NCBI GenBank assembly: GCA_964057225.1 | Contig: OZ059900.1 | Location: 5,828,001 to 5,892,000 of the forward strand | DNA from: Auanema rhodensis | Taxonomy: Eukaryota; Animalia; Nematoda | DNA: 64,000 nt | Direction: 5' to 3' | Part shown: in pieces, positions 10,604 to 22,566 of the stretch | Layout of the letters: every line of letters starts with the position of its first letter | How positions within the stretch are numbered: the first letter of the stretch is position 1 | Translations under genes and position numbers: made by a program | The notes under the pieces: model-generated | What the model was told of the DNA's origin: nothing | Databases searched by the model: none | What the model saw: only the letters and a program-made list of their open reading frames with translations

Positions 10604-13600
10604 TTTCATACGCGCATTTGCGTATAATCATTTTGCCTACAGACTAAGTTATTTTGAAATAAAATATGCAAAAAAGACAAAAGACTGAAGCAAGCAATTA
10701 ATTGAAAAAGGCTTATATGTGTATATTATATTTTAAAATCGATTTTTCCTCAATCTTCATGTTGAGAAAGCGTTATTTGAATGTAATAAGAGAAATAGAT
10801 TGAAAATTGATAGCTTGTATGTCTAAAATAAACTTTTCTTATTGAAGAAATAAAGAAGAAAATGATTTTGTGATTAAGAAATAAAATACACATGAGATTG
10901 AAATGATACAAACAATAGAAAGTATGCTAAAATTCTCAACATCTGGGGACAGCGTTATAACATCTTTTGCACGCCTCGATTATTGATCGATCTGCCAATT
11001 CTGCCTGTTCGACCTCTCTCAATCACTCAGTGTCTCATCAACAATAAAGGTCAGGGCACAACAGACATAAGCCAACAAAAGCCTGAATGAGATTGTTTGC
11101 AAATTTGATTATTTCTCAACAAAAATGAAAACATATAGGATTATGATACTAGAGAATACAGGAAAAGAATTATTTTAATAAATGGATGAAATATGCAAAG
11201 AGTTTGAAATTTGTTCATTGTATGCAATAAAAAGAATATTCATTATTCTTATGTATATATCTAATTGAATGGAAAATATCTCAAAACACTTGAAACCTAT
11301 ATTAAAACCACGACCTTTATGTTATCAATACAGAGAATATTGATAGATATGAATATATAGAACTGAGCATGCTTTCTGACTACATTTATATCTATCAGAT
11401 ACATTTTTATGTTCAATCTATTTGAACAATACTCAAATAATCATTTTCTAAAAATTTTATTGTTTATCTTTGATCATATATCATGATTATGTCATTCGTA
11501 TCTCAATTCGAAGACAGATTCACAATTTTTGAGAGAGAGAAAACTCCCTAACATAATTTAACAATTGTTGTAAGTAAAGTGCAAACAGAATCTTTTTCTG
11601 CAGATTAGACAAGCAAATTAAGATTATTCTTCCAAGTATACGTAGATGAAATGGCCCTCCTTCGCGAGAAAATGATGTAACCATAAACTCATTTGCTCGT
11701 TTTGACATGTAGTGACAAATGTATTCTCACAATGTCAGACTGATTAGTAGCTTGTATGGCTCTAGCTTGTATGAAAAAAAAAGTTGTGACCAGCTTTTCT
11801 GTTTTAGTCAAAATTTTTTATTTTATTTATATTTATATCTTTTCAACTTCATTTAGCATTACTACAATGCTAAGCAATAAAAAATATGGGATAACTATTG
11901 TTTGAATTCACTTAAAGAATTCTAACTACGATTTCAGCAATATGTTTTATTTTCTGTTGAAAACACGGATATAAAACTATTTCTCTCAAATATATATCAT
12001 ACATTTATTGCGCTCTTGCCAATTGATATCCACTTTATCAACTTCCGTTTTTTCTCTCTAGAAATTAAAATTTCACTGGATTTGATAAAATTCGACATTT
12101 TCCATCATGTCTGCCTGGCTACAGCGGCATTTTGGTAACAACCTGTGCACTGACAGCATAAGCTCATAAATAAAAAATTTCCTTGGTTTTCCCATAAAAA
12201 TCGTTTTCCTTTCTTTTCTAATTGAAGCTCTCGCCAATATATTACAACTTTTGTCATTTTCCCTCTTGTGGCAACAGTGATGTGCAACAAAATATAAAAA
12301 ACTTTATATAATTTGTACTCAGATGGTCATCGCTTTAGTCTGAAAATTAAATAACCAAAGCTCTTTCTTTAACATTTTTCTATAATTTATTGTCTGACGT
12401 TAACACGATTATGCAGCTATTCTTCTGCACATTATTCATTTTCAAAAATTTGCTTTCAACGATTAGATAACTCTAAGTTATTCGCCGATATCTTTGAAAA
12501 CTTTATTCCACTTTAAGTCCACTTCAGCTGCCCTTACTGGATGTTAGATAGCTCGAGTAATATTCTTCTTGAGCACACAGGAGGCAATCTCTTTTTTAGC
12601 TCTTGTTATATATGATTTGTTGTTCGTGCTCTATTTAATTTACTTTCCGTGTATTTATCGTTTACTTAAAATTATTGTTATTACTTTCTTGCTTATTTCA
12701 CACGAAACCATCAAAGCGATATATCAACATTCATTTTTTACAATGAAAGAACAAAAAATATTATTTTTAGTTCTTTCTTTTTTTCTTTCAATCCTCTTAC
12801 TTGCTATAGTTTGGCTCTCTCCATTAATGATAGCTTGAGGTATTGTGTTGACATCAATCATGTATACAATTGGATTATGATGAATATAAAATTATAGAGA
12901 ATAATGATATTAGAAAGTTTTCATCTTTCACAAGCTTATAAGAAACGCACTAAAAGAGATAGTATTGAAATATGAAAATCTGAAAATTAAAAAAAAATTG
13001 AATTTTCACGTATTCATAAGTTTATAAGTAAAAAGTGATTGCTCTATTATTCAAAATACAGCCATCTTCTCATCTTTTAGCTACACATTCTAGAAAGATG
13101 TGAGATTCTAAACTAAAAAAAAGATTGTTTAATGACAAAACAAACCAAAAAACTTGCATCTAATTATATATATATATATAATATATTTCCATGTATTTTA
13201 GAGATTTTCTATATCATGCTGTGAAATTTTTATCATAAATAGCTGATAGTCTTCCTCTGCTCACATTTAATTTCTATATAGATAGATATCAATTTATCTC
13301 TCTCTTTCTATTTATTATTTTAGTCCTAATCCAAATCCGACCAATCTCATTTGCTTCCTTTCGACTACCTCTGAAATGAATTTATTTTCCTGATTCTAAA
13401 AAAAAAGATTTTTTTTGTTCTCTGGTCATTTTTGAAAATTTAATAATTGAATTATTACCAAAGTCCTCATTTTCAATTGTTTTCAGTGATCATAAACTTT
13501 TTTAAACTTCCTTATGGGAAATTAAACTTTTGTGCTTCTGACATTATTCATTTCAAATCTATCCATTATCTAGTCAACCGCCTTTTTTTTTTTGTTAAAA

Positions 13601-13642
13601 AATCGTATAGTTGAATTATATATTTTCAGAAATATTTATGAG

Positions 13643-14882
13643 ATGAAGCCACTTTATGTCATTCTTTTCTTTGTTCACATCACCATTAATTATGGATTCT
13701 TAATACGTAGTCACGTTCACAGGTACAATTATATTTTATTTATAAAGCATATATCATTTACTTATTTCATTGATGCACCCTGTAATGTAACAGAAGGACT
13801 AAAATGCTTTACCAGTCTGTTTGGAATGGTTGGAAATTTTTGTGAAGAAAAAATCAATCTAAAATGCATTCATTACGAGGTAAGGATTAGCGATAAACTT
13901 GAAAGTAAAAATGGTATTAACACTTCAAAATATGGCTTGAGCATTGAACAGAAAGGTTGAATCTTCACTCCTAACACTAAGCTCTACATTTTTACCAATC
14001 AAATGTTGCCATTTAGATATCGTTTTCAGTAACTTAAACAACCGCGAATGTTTTATTTTCAGTATTTGGATAAATGTTTCGAAAAAAATGTAGGCAAATG
14101 TACTGCTCAATGGGTTAGCAAATTATCGTTAGTTGGATATTATGATACAATAGATTTATGCACAAAACGAGGACGAGTACGCATGAGCGAATTAACTAGA
14201 GTAAGGAAAAAAATGTTTTAATGGTAGGGATCGTAAAATTGAAATATGATTTGCAGAAGCCAATTAAAACTCATCTGTCACAGAATAAAATGCTATTTAT
14301 GCTGGGACATCTGCAAGATCAATGTTATTCGACAAAAAATCGAAATTGTTCAAGTAGCTATATGAGTAATATTGTTACTCAATGTGAGGATAATATCAAA
14401 CATTTTGTTGGATTTACGGATTATGATAGACATAAGCTATTGAGGTTTGCTCGAATCATTTTGCTTTTAGAATTTCACTTTTTTACATTCAGAATTAAGC
14501 TGGAAACATCCGTAAAACTACTTACATTCGATAAAACAGATCGTGAACGAGAGTGCCTAGTTGTTCGTTCACTGCTCTCTGAGATGTATACAATGCATCT
14601 TCAATATTGCTATCATGTAGGCTTCTTTAAACTCTCTATCTCTCTTGCTCTTTTTAAAGTGAAATTCGTGTCTTTCAGACTGTCATTACTCGGTGTGTAT
14701 GTGAAAATCCGGCAATTGAGCAGTATTGCAAGATTGACTGCTCTTCTATTGAGCCTGAAAGTCCAACTCAGACACGTCTGATGTGGGACAAGTGGAACAA
14801 GATCTATCTTGTTAACTTTGACCATGAACTTTTCATGAATCTAATGCCGTTAGTTCTTTTGATTTTAATAATTTGTTGGTAG
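13643..14882 (+). CDS. Secreted/putatively GPI-anchored cysteine-rich protein
   Basis: ATG after TTTTCAG acceptor; signal peptide MKPLYVILFFVHITINYG; many spaced Cys (CNVTEGLKCF, CYSTKNRNCS, TRCVCENPAIEQYCKIDCS); hydrophobic C-terminus MNLMPLVLLILIICW*. Confidence 0.75.
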
Positions 14883-15514
14883 TCATGTTGTTGTTGTACA
14901 AAATACAGTATATAAGTAAATGAAGATCTCATAATTGTTATAATTCCATTGTATAGTTAAATATATATTTTTTTATATTGTTTATTCTTTATTCTTATAA
15001 TAACAATAACACTTATATAGTAAAGTTGATTTTTATGACATCATTTAGATCATAAGATAATGCTAAGAAAACTCTGGGAAATTTCAAAAAATCTTTTACT
15101 TTTTCAAAATGTCTCTCACGCTGACAAACTATTTGAATGAAGAAGTGTTTTAAAAAAATGAATTGTCTTCAAGAAAAAATTTGAACAGAATTTCTAGAAC
15201 TCTGTTCTTTATTGAGCCGGCAAGCATTGCAAACATCTTATGTGGCTCTGTTAACTTAATAAGTTAATTATATCTATTATAAGTAACACACATTTTTTTA
15301 ACATCTTCAGAAACAGATATATTCGATTCAATGTTAATCTCATACTCTTCGTCTCTTACACCACTCCCCCTAGCACTCCATTTGTCCCTCCTAGTTTAGT
15401 TTCTCATTCATTTCTATCCAGCTCTTCATTGCTTTATTCTCTCTCTATATTTTCTCATTGTTTTTGAAAGATTTTAAGCCTTTTCGGATTGTTTTAACAC
15501 TGTTCAACTAGACT

Positions 15515-16157
15515 ATGTTCACTCTTGACAATACTGAGATTCGGTATGTAAGTGCAGAAGAAGTTGAAACTGGAAGCTTCTATATCATTCGCCAATTTCA
15601 TACTTTCACTCGGATGAATGAAGATCTTCATGGACAGATTGTTTGGATTCCTCATCGAGAGGCCATTGATACTGCAACACTACCATCATCCTACTGGCAA
15701 GCGTATAATGTGCAGCCAGAAGATCGAATAGATTTATTTGGACCTCTTGGAGTTATTCGTAATGATCTCATGTCATCTGCCATGGTCTGTTCTTGTTCTA
15801 TTAACGTGATCTTGATGTTTATAACTTAGGCTAGAACGCGTCGTCGATCAGCTCGTTGTATTGATCGTATTCGTTCTGAAATTCCCGAAGAAAATAATAT
15901 GATACCGAAAGATGAACTTGAAGCAGAAGAGGAAGATGATGGTGACAAGACTCCTACCAACGAATGGTCAGATGGCTCTACTACTCCAACAAGCGAAATG
16001 ATTGAAGAAAAAGAAGATGTGTTGGAAAAAGAAAAAGAAATTATTCCCTATCCACATGTAAACATGGAAACTAAAATTTTTCACTTTTTAATTACTTTTC
16101 CAGGAAGGCCCATACTACGCTGGTTGGCATAGGAGAATCTTATTAATTGTTCCATAG
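15515..16157 (+). CDS. 183-aa orphan protein with acidic low-complexity region, copy A (exons 15515-15784, 15830-16057, 16104-16157)
   Basis: Two phase-0 GT-AG introns give MFTLDNTEIRYV...SSAM|ARTRRRSARCIDR...EEEDDGDKTPT...PYPH|EGPYYAGWHRRILLIVP*. Confidence 0.85.
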
Positions 16158-16596
16158 TTACTTTTTTTCATCTATATGTAAAGATTTATATATAGATATA
16201 TGTTATTATGTATTATATGTACACTATTCAATATGCTCTCAATTCTTCTTATGAACTCTTTCTTCTTCTTTTTTTGTCGTTAATTAGTAAACACATAAAA
16301 TACTATGCTGATAGTTTTTCTGTTGATTGAAGTTAAGGAAGTACAAGTAATCTATTTCCACAATTTATTTGAATTTGACAAAAAAATGCAAAGAAAAGAA
16401 AATACAACGTTATACTATAAGTGAGATAAAAACATTTTCAAATACAATAATTTACAAACTATATCAAGCTAAGATGCAAAAAAAAGAAGAAGAAAGAGTT
16501 CATAAGAAGAATTGAGAGCTTATTGAATAGTGTACATATAATACATAATAACATATATCTATATATAAATCTTTACATATAGATGAAAAAAAGTAA

Positions 16597-17239
16597 CTAT
16601 GGAACAATTAATAAGATTCTCCTATGCCAACCAGCGTAGTATGGGCCTTCCTGGAAAAGTAATTAAAAAGTGAAAAATTTTAGTTTCCATGTTTACATGT
16701 GGATAGGGAATAATTTCTTTTTCTTTTTCCAACACATCTTCTTTTTCTTCAATCATTTCGCTTGTTGGAGTAGTAGAGCCATCTGACCATTCGTTGGTAG
16801 GAGTCTTGTCACCATCATCTTCCTCTTCTGCTTCAAGTTCATCTTTCGGTATCATATTATTTTCTTCGGGAATTTCAGAACGAATACGATCAATACGACG
16901 AGCTGATCGACGACGCGTTCTAGCCTAAGTTATAAACATCAAGATCACGTTAATAGAACAAGAACAGACCATGGCAGATGACATGAGATCATTACGAATA
17001 ACTCCAAGAGGTCCAAATAAATCTATTCGATCTTCTGGCTGCACATTATACGCTTGCCAGTAGGATGATGGTAGCGTTGCAGTATCAATGGCCTCTCGAT
17101 GAGGAATCCAAACAATCTGTCCATGAAGATCTTCATTCATCCGAGTGAAAGTATGAAATTGGCGAATGATATAGAAGCTTCCAGTTTCAACTTCTTCTGC
17201 ACTTACATACCGAATCTCAGTATTGTCAAGAGTGAACAT
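16597..17239 (-). CDS. 183-aa orphan protein, copy B (convergent with copy A)
   Basis: Mirror copy with intact splice sites; differs by one synonymous (ACA/ACG) and one Cys>Arg (TGT/CGT) change. Confidence 0.85.
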
Positions 17240-18019
17240 AGTCTAGTTGAACAGTGTTAAAACAATCCGAAAAGGCTTAAAATCTTTCAGAAACAATGAG
17301 AGAATATAGAGAGAGAATAAAGCAATGAAGAGCTGGATAGAAATGAATGAGAAACTAAACTAGGAGGGATAGTATGAACGCAGAACAAATGGAGTGCTAG
17401 GGGGGAGTGGTGTGAGAGACGAAGAGTATGAGATTAACATTGGATCGAATATATCTGTTCCTATAGGTGTCAGAAAACTATATGCTGGAATTATAATAAA
17501 AATACATCATTTGATCGTTCGTAAAACAGATAGAAGCAAAAAAATGCTGAATAATCAGATGATCGTATCTTTTCTGTTTCAAATCTTTTGATGATCTCAC
17601 GTTTGATTGATCATTATGATATGAGATATATTGGTTTTCCCACTTTGAAAAAAGTAAAAATGGTGCCATTGCTATATATATGCAATAGTTCTTATAAGTT
17701 GTATGAATCATGCTCTCATCTATTCTATAAGTACGATGAGTTTGATTTAATAATTCATAAAATATTTCACAAAATGTATAATACTGATTTACGGAACAAA
17801 ACCAAATGCGTAGAAAACGCTAAATCATTCATGATATCGGATGTAGTGAAGGCTTTCAATTTACAAATTCACAAATTTATTTTCTGATGTTGTCAACTTT
17901 TTCATTTTTCCTACTTTGATTAGCTGAAGACAGCAGATATCCGGCTAGTTGTGGAACAAATGAGATTGGATTGAGTTGGATTAACAAGTGAAGAAGGAAG
18001 ACAATGAGGTACTAGGAAC

Positions 18020-18053
<34 letters not shown>

Positions 18054-19162
18054 TTGTGTGTGAATATTTATGTAAAATATATACATATAGTTAGAGATAT
18101 TGATAAAAATCTTTGAATCTATGATTAGAATAAGTTTATAAAACAAATGTTTATACAAGTCAACAATAAAAATTTGAACAATAGGGACGTTAAAACTTAA
18201 ACAAAGAAATTATTTTTCTTTTTCTTTGTATATTTTTGTTGTGAGAAATGTCAGTGAATATGCAAGAGTCAAAGATATTTTTAGTGCACATACTTGACGT
18301 TTCAAGTTAGAACTACTTCTTGAATTTGCATATGTCTGAGATATCATGATGAGGATAGCGGAAAGATTTTAATTTTAGTAATAATGTAATAACTACATTT
18401 GCTCTTTCAATTTATCTACGTAAATTGAATTTTTCCCATATTTTCTATTTTCTCATATATCTATACTATCTTAATGTTCTTGTGAAAGCTTCTCACAACC
18501 TTCTAATATCATTATTCTCAATCTTATATTTATGATAATCGAATTGCATGTGAGTTATGGCACGGCTGTTCATTAATTTTGTTTCCGGTCGTTCTCTTCG
18601 ATCTCTTACATTTCCTCTATTCCATAAGCTGAATGCGTTTGAGAAGAAAATAAGCAAAAGACCCAATCACTGTTCTTACTAAAGTTTTTTAATAAAAAAT
18701 AGTTTTTTTCCACATAATATCTGAAAAAAAAACCAAAAAAAAACCTTATTCATACTATTTGTAATATTTACAAAAAATTGTTTCAAAAGAATGAAAATGC
18801 TTAGCATGTCAGTGGGCGTTCTCTTATCTATCCAATAAGCACATGTTTTGATTCAACTATTATTATTGTGTTTCGGAATGAAAAAAAATACAAATTGATG
18901 GAAACTTTTATTAAACACGACAATTACATAACATATTGGAGAGTATTCTTATTAGTGTGTACACTTTTACGTTTCAAAACTTCTTATACAAATGACAATA
19001 TACAGCGATTGAGATTGTGAACCAAAAAAAAATTAATGAGAAATTCATTAGCGTGGAAAGGCGGATAATGGGATATTTAACGATGCGCGACTTAAATTGC
19101 CGATCAGATCGAAATTGCAGAAATCCTCTTTTCTTGAGATGAGTCAGAATGGATGAAAATTT

Positions 19163-20377
19163 TCATAGTTGAACTGGAGCTACATCGACGTCATCATTTC
19201 CAATGTCAGTAGATACTGTTGTCATTGATGCTTCTACAGCAGCAGCATTTGCAACAATAGCAGTTGTAGCTTCGGCAGCTGCAGCAGCACGGCGAGCGTC
19301 TTCTCTTCGTATTAAAATGCGCAAGTTATTATTATTAACTGAAAATCAAAATAGTTTGATCAATGTATGTTAAAACGGTTAGATTACTTCCACGTATCAT
19401 TGCTCGTAGAATTATATTATGTTCTGGTTCTGGAACCGGCACTTCATTTACAGGTGTATCTGAAATAAATTTTGTAAAACGATTGTTTACGATTATAACC
19501 ACTTTGTGCTTGCGGAGGTGGAGGACGGAAAGCGCCAGAAGGTGCTAACGACTGAATACGGCGTACTATTTCAGTTTCACTGTTGCCAGGTAAATCAGGT
19601 AATAAGGGCCAGTTGGGATGTAAACGGAAATGAACTGTAAAAAAGATTAATATAGCCAATGTTTTATCATGTTTACAAACTTCCTCTCATCATTACTCTA
19701 TGAAATAATTGAAACATGTCTCTTGTGTAATCACGCTCAACATAACGTACAGGCTGTTCAACTGAAAATGTGAATAATATGAACTTAGTTTATTCATAAG
19801 AAACTGAACAAACTAAATGTCAATACGTACCATAATGAATATCATCATCAATTGGATCCCTATATTTTGGTTCAATTTTATGATCTGAAAGAGCGAATAT
19901 GTATGAAAGCGACAGAATGACGAATACCTGGAAGAATTCCTTGACACATTGCGCTATACACGGAAAAATAGAGCTTGATGCTGAAACAAGATAGAACTGA
20001 ATAAACGAGTAGAATATAAATGGGAAGGAAGTAAGACGAAGTAGGAATAAGAAGAGCAGTTACGAAAACCAGGTTATTGGGGCATGAAACGAGCAAGCTA
20101 AGTGGAATCGATAACTAGTTGTCAGATAGAGGAAGAAGAGATGTGATTATATTGTTAATCGAAGATGTTGTAAGTAACTTGAAGTGAATTAGATCCTAGA
20201 ACATAGTTTACATAACATGTAAAGAACTTTCAAATGTGTGAGAATGACCACAAACTCAGCAGTTCGAAAAATATGATCCGCCCCTCTCGGTAATCTCATG
20301 TACATTGAGCGAAGATCATCCGATGCCCATATGTACCGAAAGCAAATGTCGATCTCAATGTTTTTATTCACGCGCAT
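19163..20377 (-). CDS. Orphan protein with Pro- and Ala-rich C-terminal half (5' exon at 20377 tentative; alternative start 19949)
   Basis: Phase-consistent splicing: ...MCQGILPDHKIEPKYRDPIDDIHYVEQPVRYVERDYTRDMFQLFHRVMMRGIHFRLHPNWPLLPDLPG...RPPPPQAQS...DARRAAAAAEATTA...APVQL*. Confidence 0.7.
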
Positions 20378-22566
20378 GCTGTGTGTAGAAAACAAAAGAT
20401 TGAGAAACAATAGAAGGAAGTACACAGAATATAATTGCAAAATTTGTTTTTATAAAGTTTTGCTGTTAAGGTTCAATGCAATGTAGGGAGGAGTTATACG
20501 AAATGACAAACAAACTTGAACAGAACCGAATATTTGTTGTATCTTGGAGATTATGGTATTTTAAATATCATAATATAACATTTCAATGTTTCAAAGTTTC
20601 TAAATATGAGAGAAGTCGGAGCATTTAAAATGGAAAATAAGTAGCATTTCATGATATTCACATAAATTGGAACTTTTAAGGGCGGTACACATAAGTACAT
20701 TTGATTCAATTTCTATTTCCATCTCATACACCAGTAGAAAAAGGATGAATTTAATCTTAAGTACTCTATTTAGAATCAATAGTGCTGTGCCATGTGGATT
20801 GAGATGGAAGAAACGATCATTAGTCAGCATAAATGTGAATGAAAAATATTGGAAGATGTAGATGGGTGAAAAACCTCAAAACGTGTGAGAAGGTGAACAG
20901 TACTAAAAGAAAATGAACATTGAGGAAGATAGGTTCAATAAGTGTTATCCCACATCGCCATCACATAAAACAGCAATGAATATATTGATAGATGTCCTCA
21001 TATAATTACAGGAATCTGCCGACATTCTGTCAAAATGAATTAAAACGCTAGAGTAGTTATAATAAACTTTTTTTTAATCGCATAAATCAATAGGGTATAT
21101 ATACTATATTACGCGGTTTTCAACAAGACTATTGAAAAGCACGAAGAATGCCATCTTTGAATCTGGATCTTTTCATTTCTGATTTATTACCACAGAGACA
21201 TAGATGTCAAGTCGAAAAAGTCACAGAATAACAGATACAATACTGGATATTCTTGTAATAAACAGAAAAGTAAGCGATATACATTGAAGCCTTCTACTCC
21301 ACATCCATAGAATGAAACAATGAATCACAAAAAAAAAGAAAAACCAGCACAATGACTTTTTTGTTTTGTTTTTTCAATACAGAATCAGATAAAAAGCAGA
21401 GTGTGGAGTGACGCTAGTATATTAAATCGACTGAATAAAAGATCATGTGGCGTCCTACTCCTCCGCCTCTTCCAGATGCTAGTATATCTTAATCCTGACC
21501 TCTTCTAGCTCTCTCAACCAGGTGATTACTCTCGACTATAATCATACAGGTCAAGACATAAGTAGGTCAAAAGGAAATGAGAGCAAATTCAAAAAAACAA
21601 AAGATTTACTCATTAATCAATACTATATAATATAAAGTTAACTAAATTGACACATAGATCGATTACTATAATAAAATCAAGCAATTAGGCGATTCAAGTT
21701 AAACTGTATAGATAGTCTGAAAAACATATTTATATGAAGATTGTTGGAACGATCATTCAACAAACAACTGGAATTTTCAGCAAGTATGTGAAGCTCATGG
21801 ATTATACTTGCGAGAGGAGACAATCAATATCAAGCCAATATTAACATCTGTATATTCCATCAATAGCTTCACTATGCTGATTATCAAAGATATGTACAAA
21901 CTCTTCATATTCAGACATCACATCAGACTCCATAGCAACATATGGCAACATTTGAAAAATGAGTAAACGGTTTTATATGTAAACATCACAGTTGTAAATC
22001 ATTCATATTCAATCCTTATAGCAACTAACTCAGATTTTGTATTAATTGATTTTTCAATAGCAACAGTAACTTGAAAGTGTTTTTTTTCAAATCATTGTTG
22101 TTTTTTCTCATTTCTTCGAATTTCATGGAGTTAAAGATGCCAAGTCAGAAATAGAAAAGCGATTATGTTTTTTTGCTGAAGTGTTGAATCAAAATAAATT
22201 TATCTTTCATCTCTAAGAAACTAACTTAAATATTTTATTTTAATTTAAATTCATGAGAGAATACAACAGTTATGAAAATTTTTTTTCACAAAAATGTAAA
22301 CAAACATGAGAAAATATAGAAATGTATAAGAGTAGTTCAGATTAATATTGAATAATTTAAAATGTCAAACGAGTTATTTTAAAAAAGTTCAAAAAAATAA
22401 AGAACTGACACTTTTATATAAAAAAGACTTGGAGGTTAAGTGAAATTTACAAAAAAACTCTTCTAAAAATAAATAAAAATCGATAAATATTGATAAAATT
22501 ATATTCTGTGTATGTATAAACTAGAGCTAAATTCAGTTAATACTTTTGGAATCGCTCGTGGCTATC

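Larger units (their letters stand above)
15312..17459. repeat. Inverted duplication (palindrome 3): arms 15312-16276 and 16477-17459, ~200 bp spacer
   Basis: Reverse-complement arms with about 7 substitutions and one ~15 bp indel in ~965 bp. Confidence 0.97.

Noticed and set aside
17588-17887. 99-aa plus-strand ORF beside palindrome 3
   Set aside because: No splice context or recognisable motif; lies upstream of copy B on the opposite strand; unsupported without expression data.
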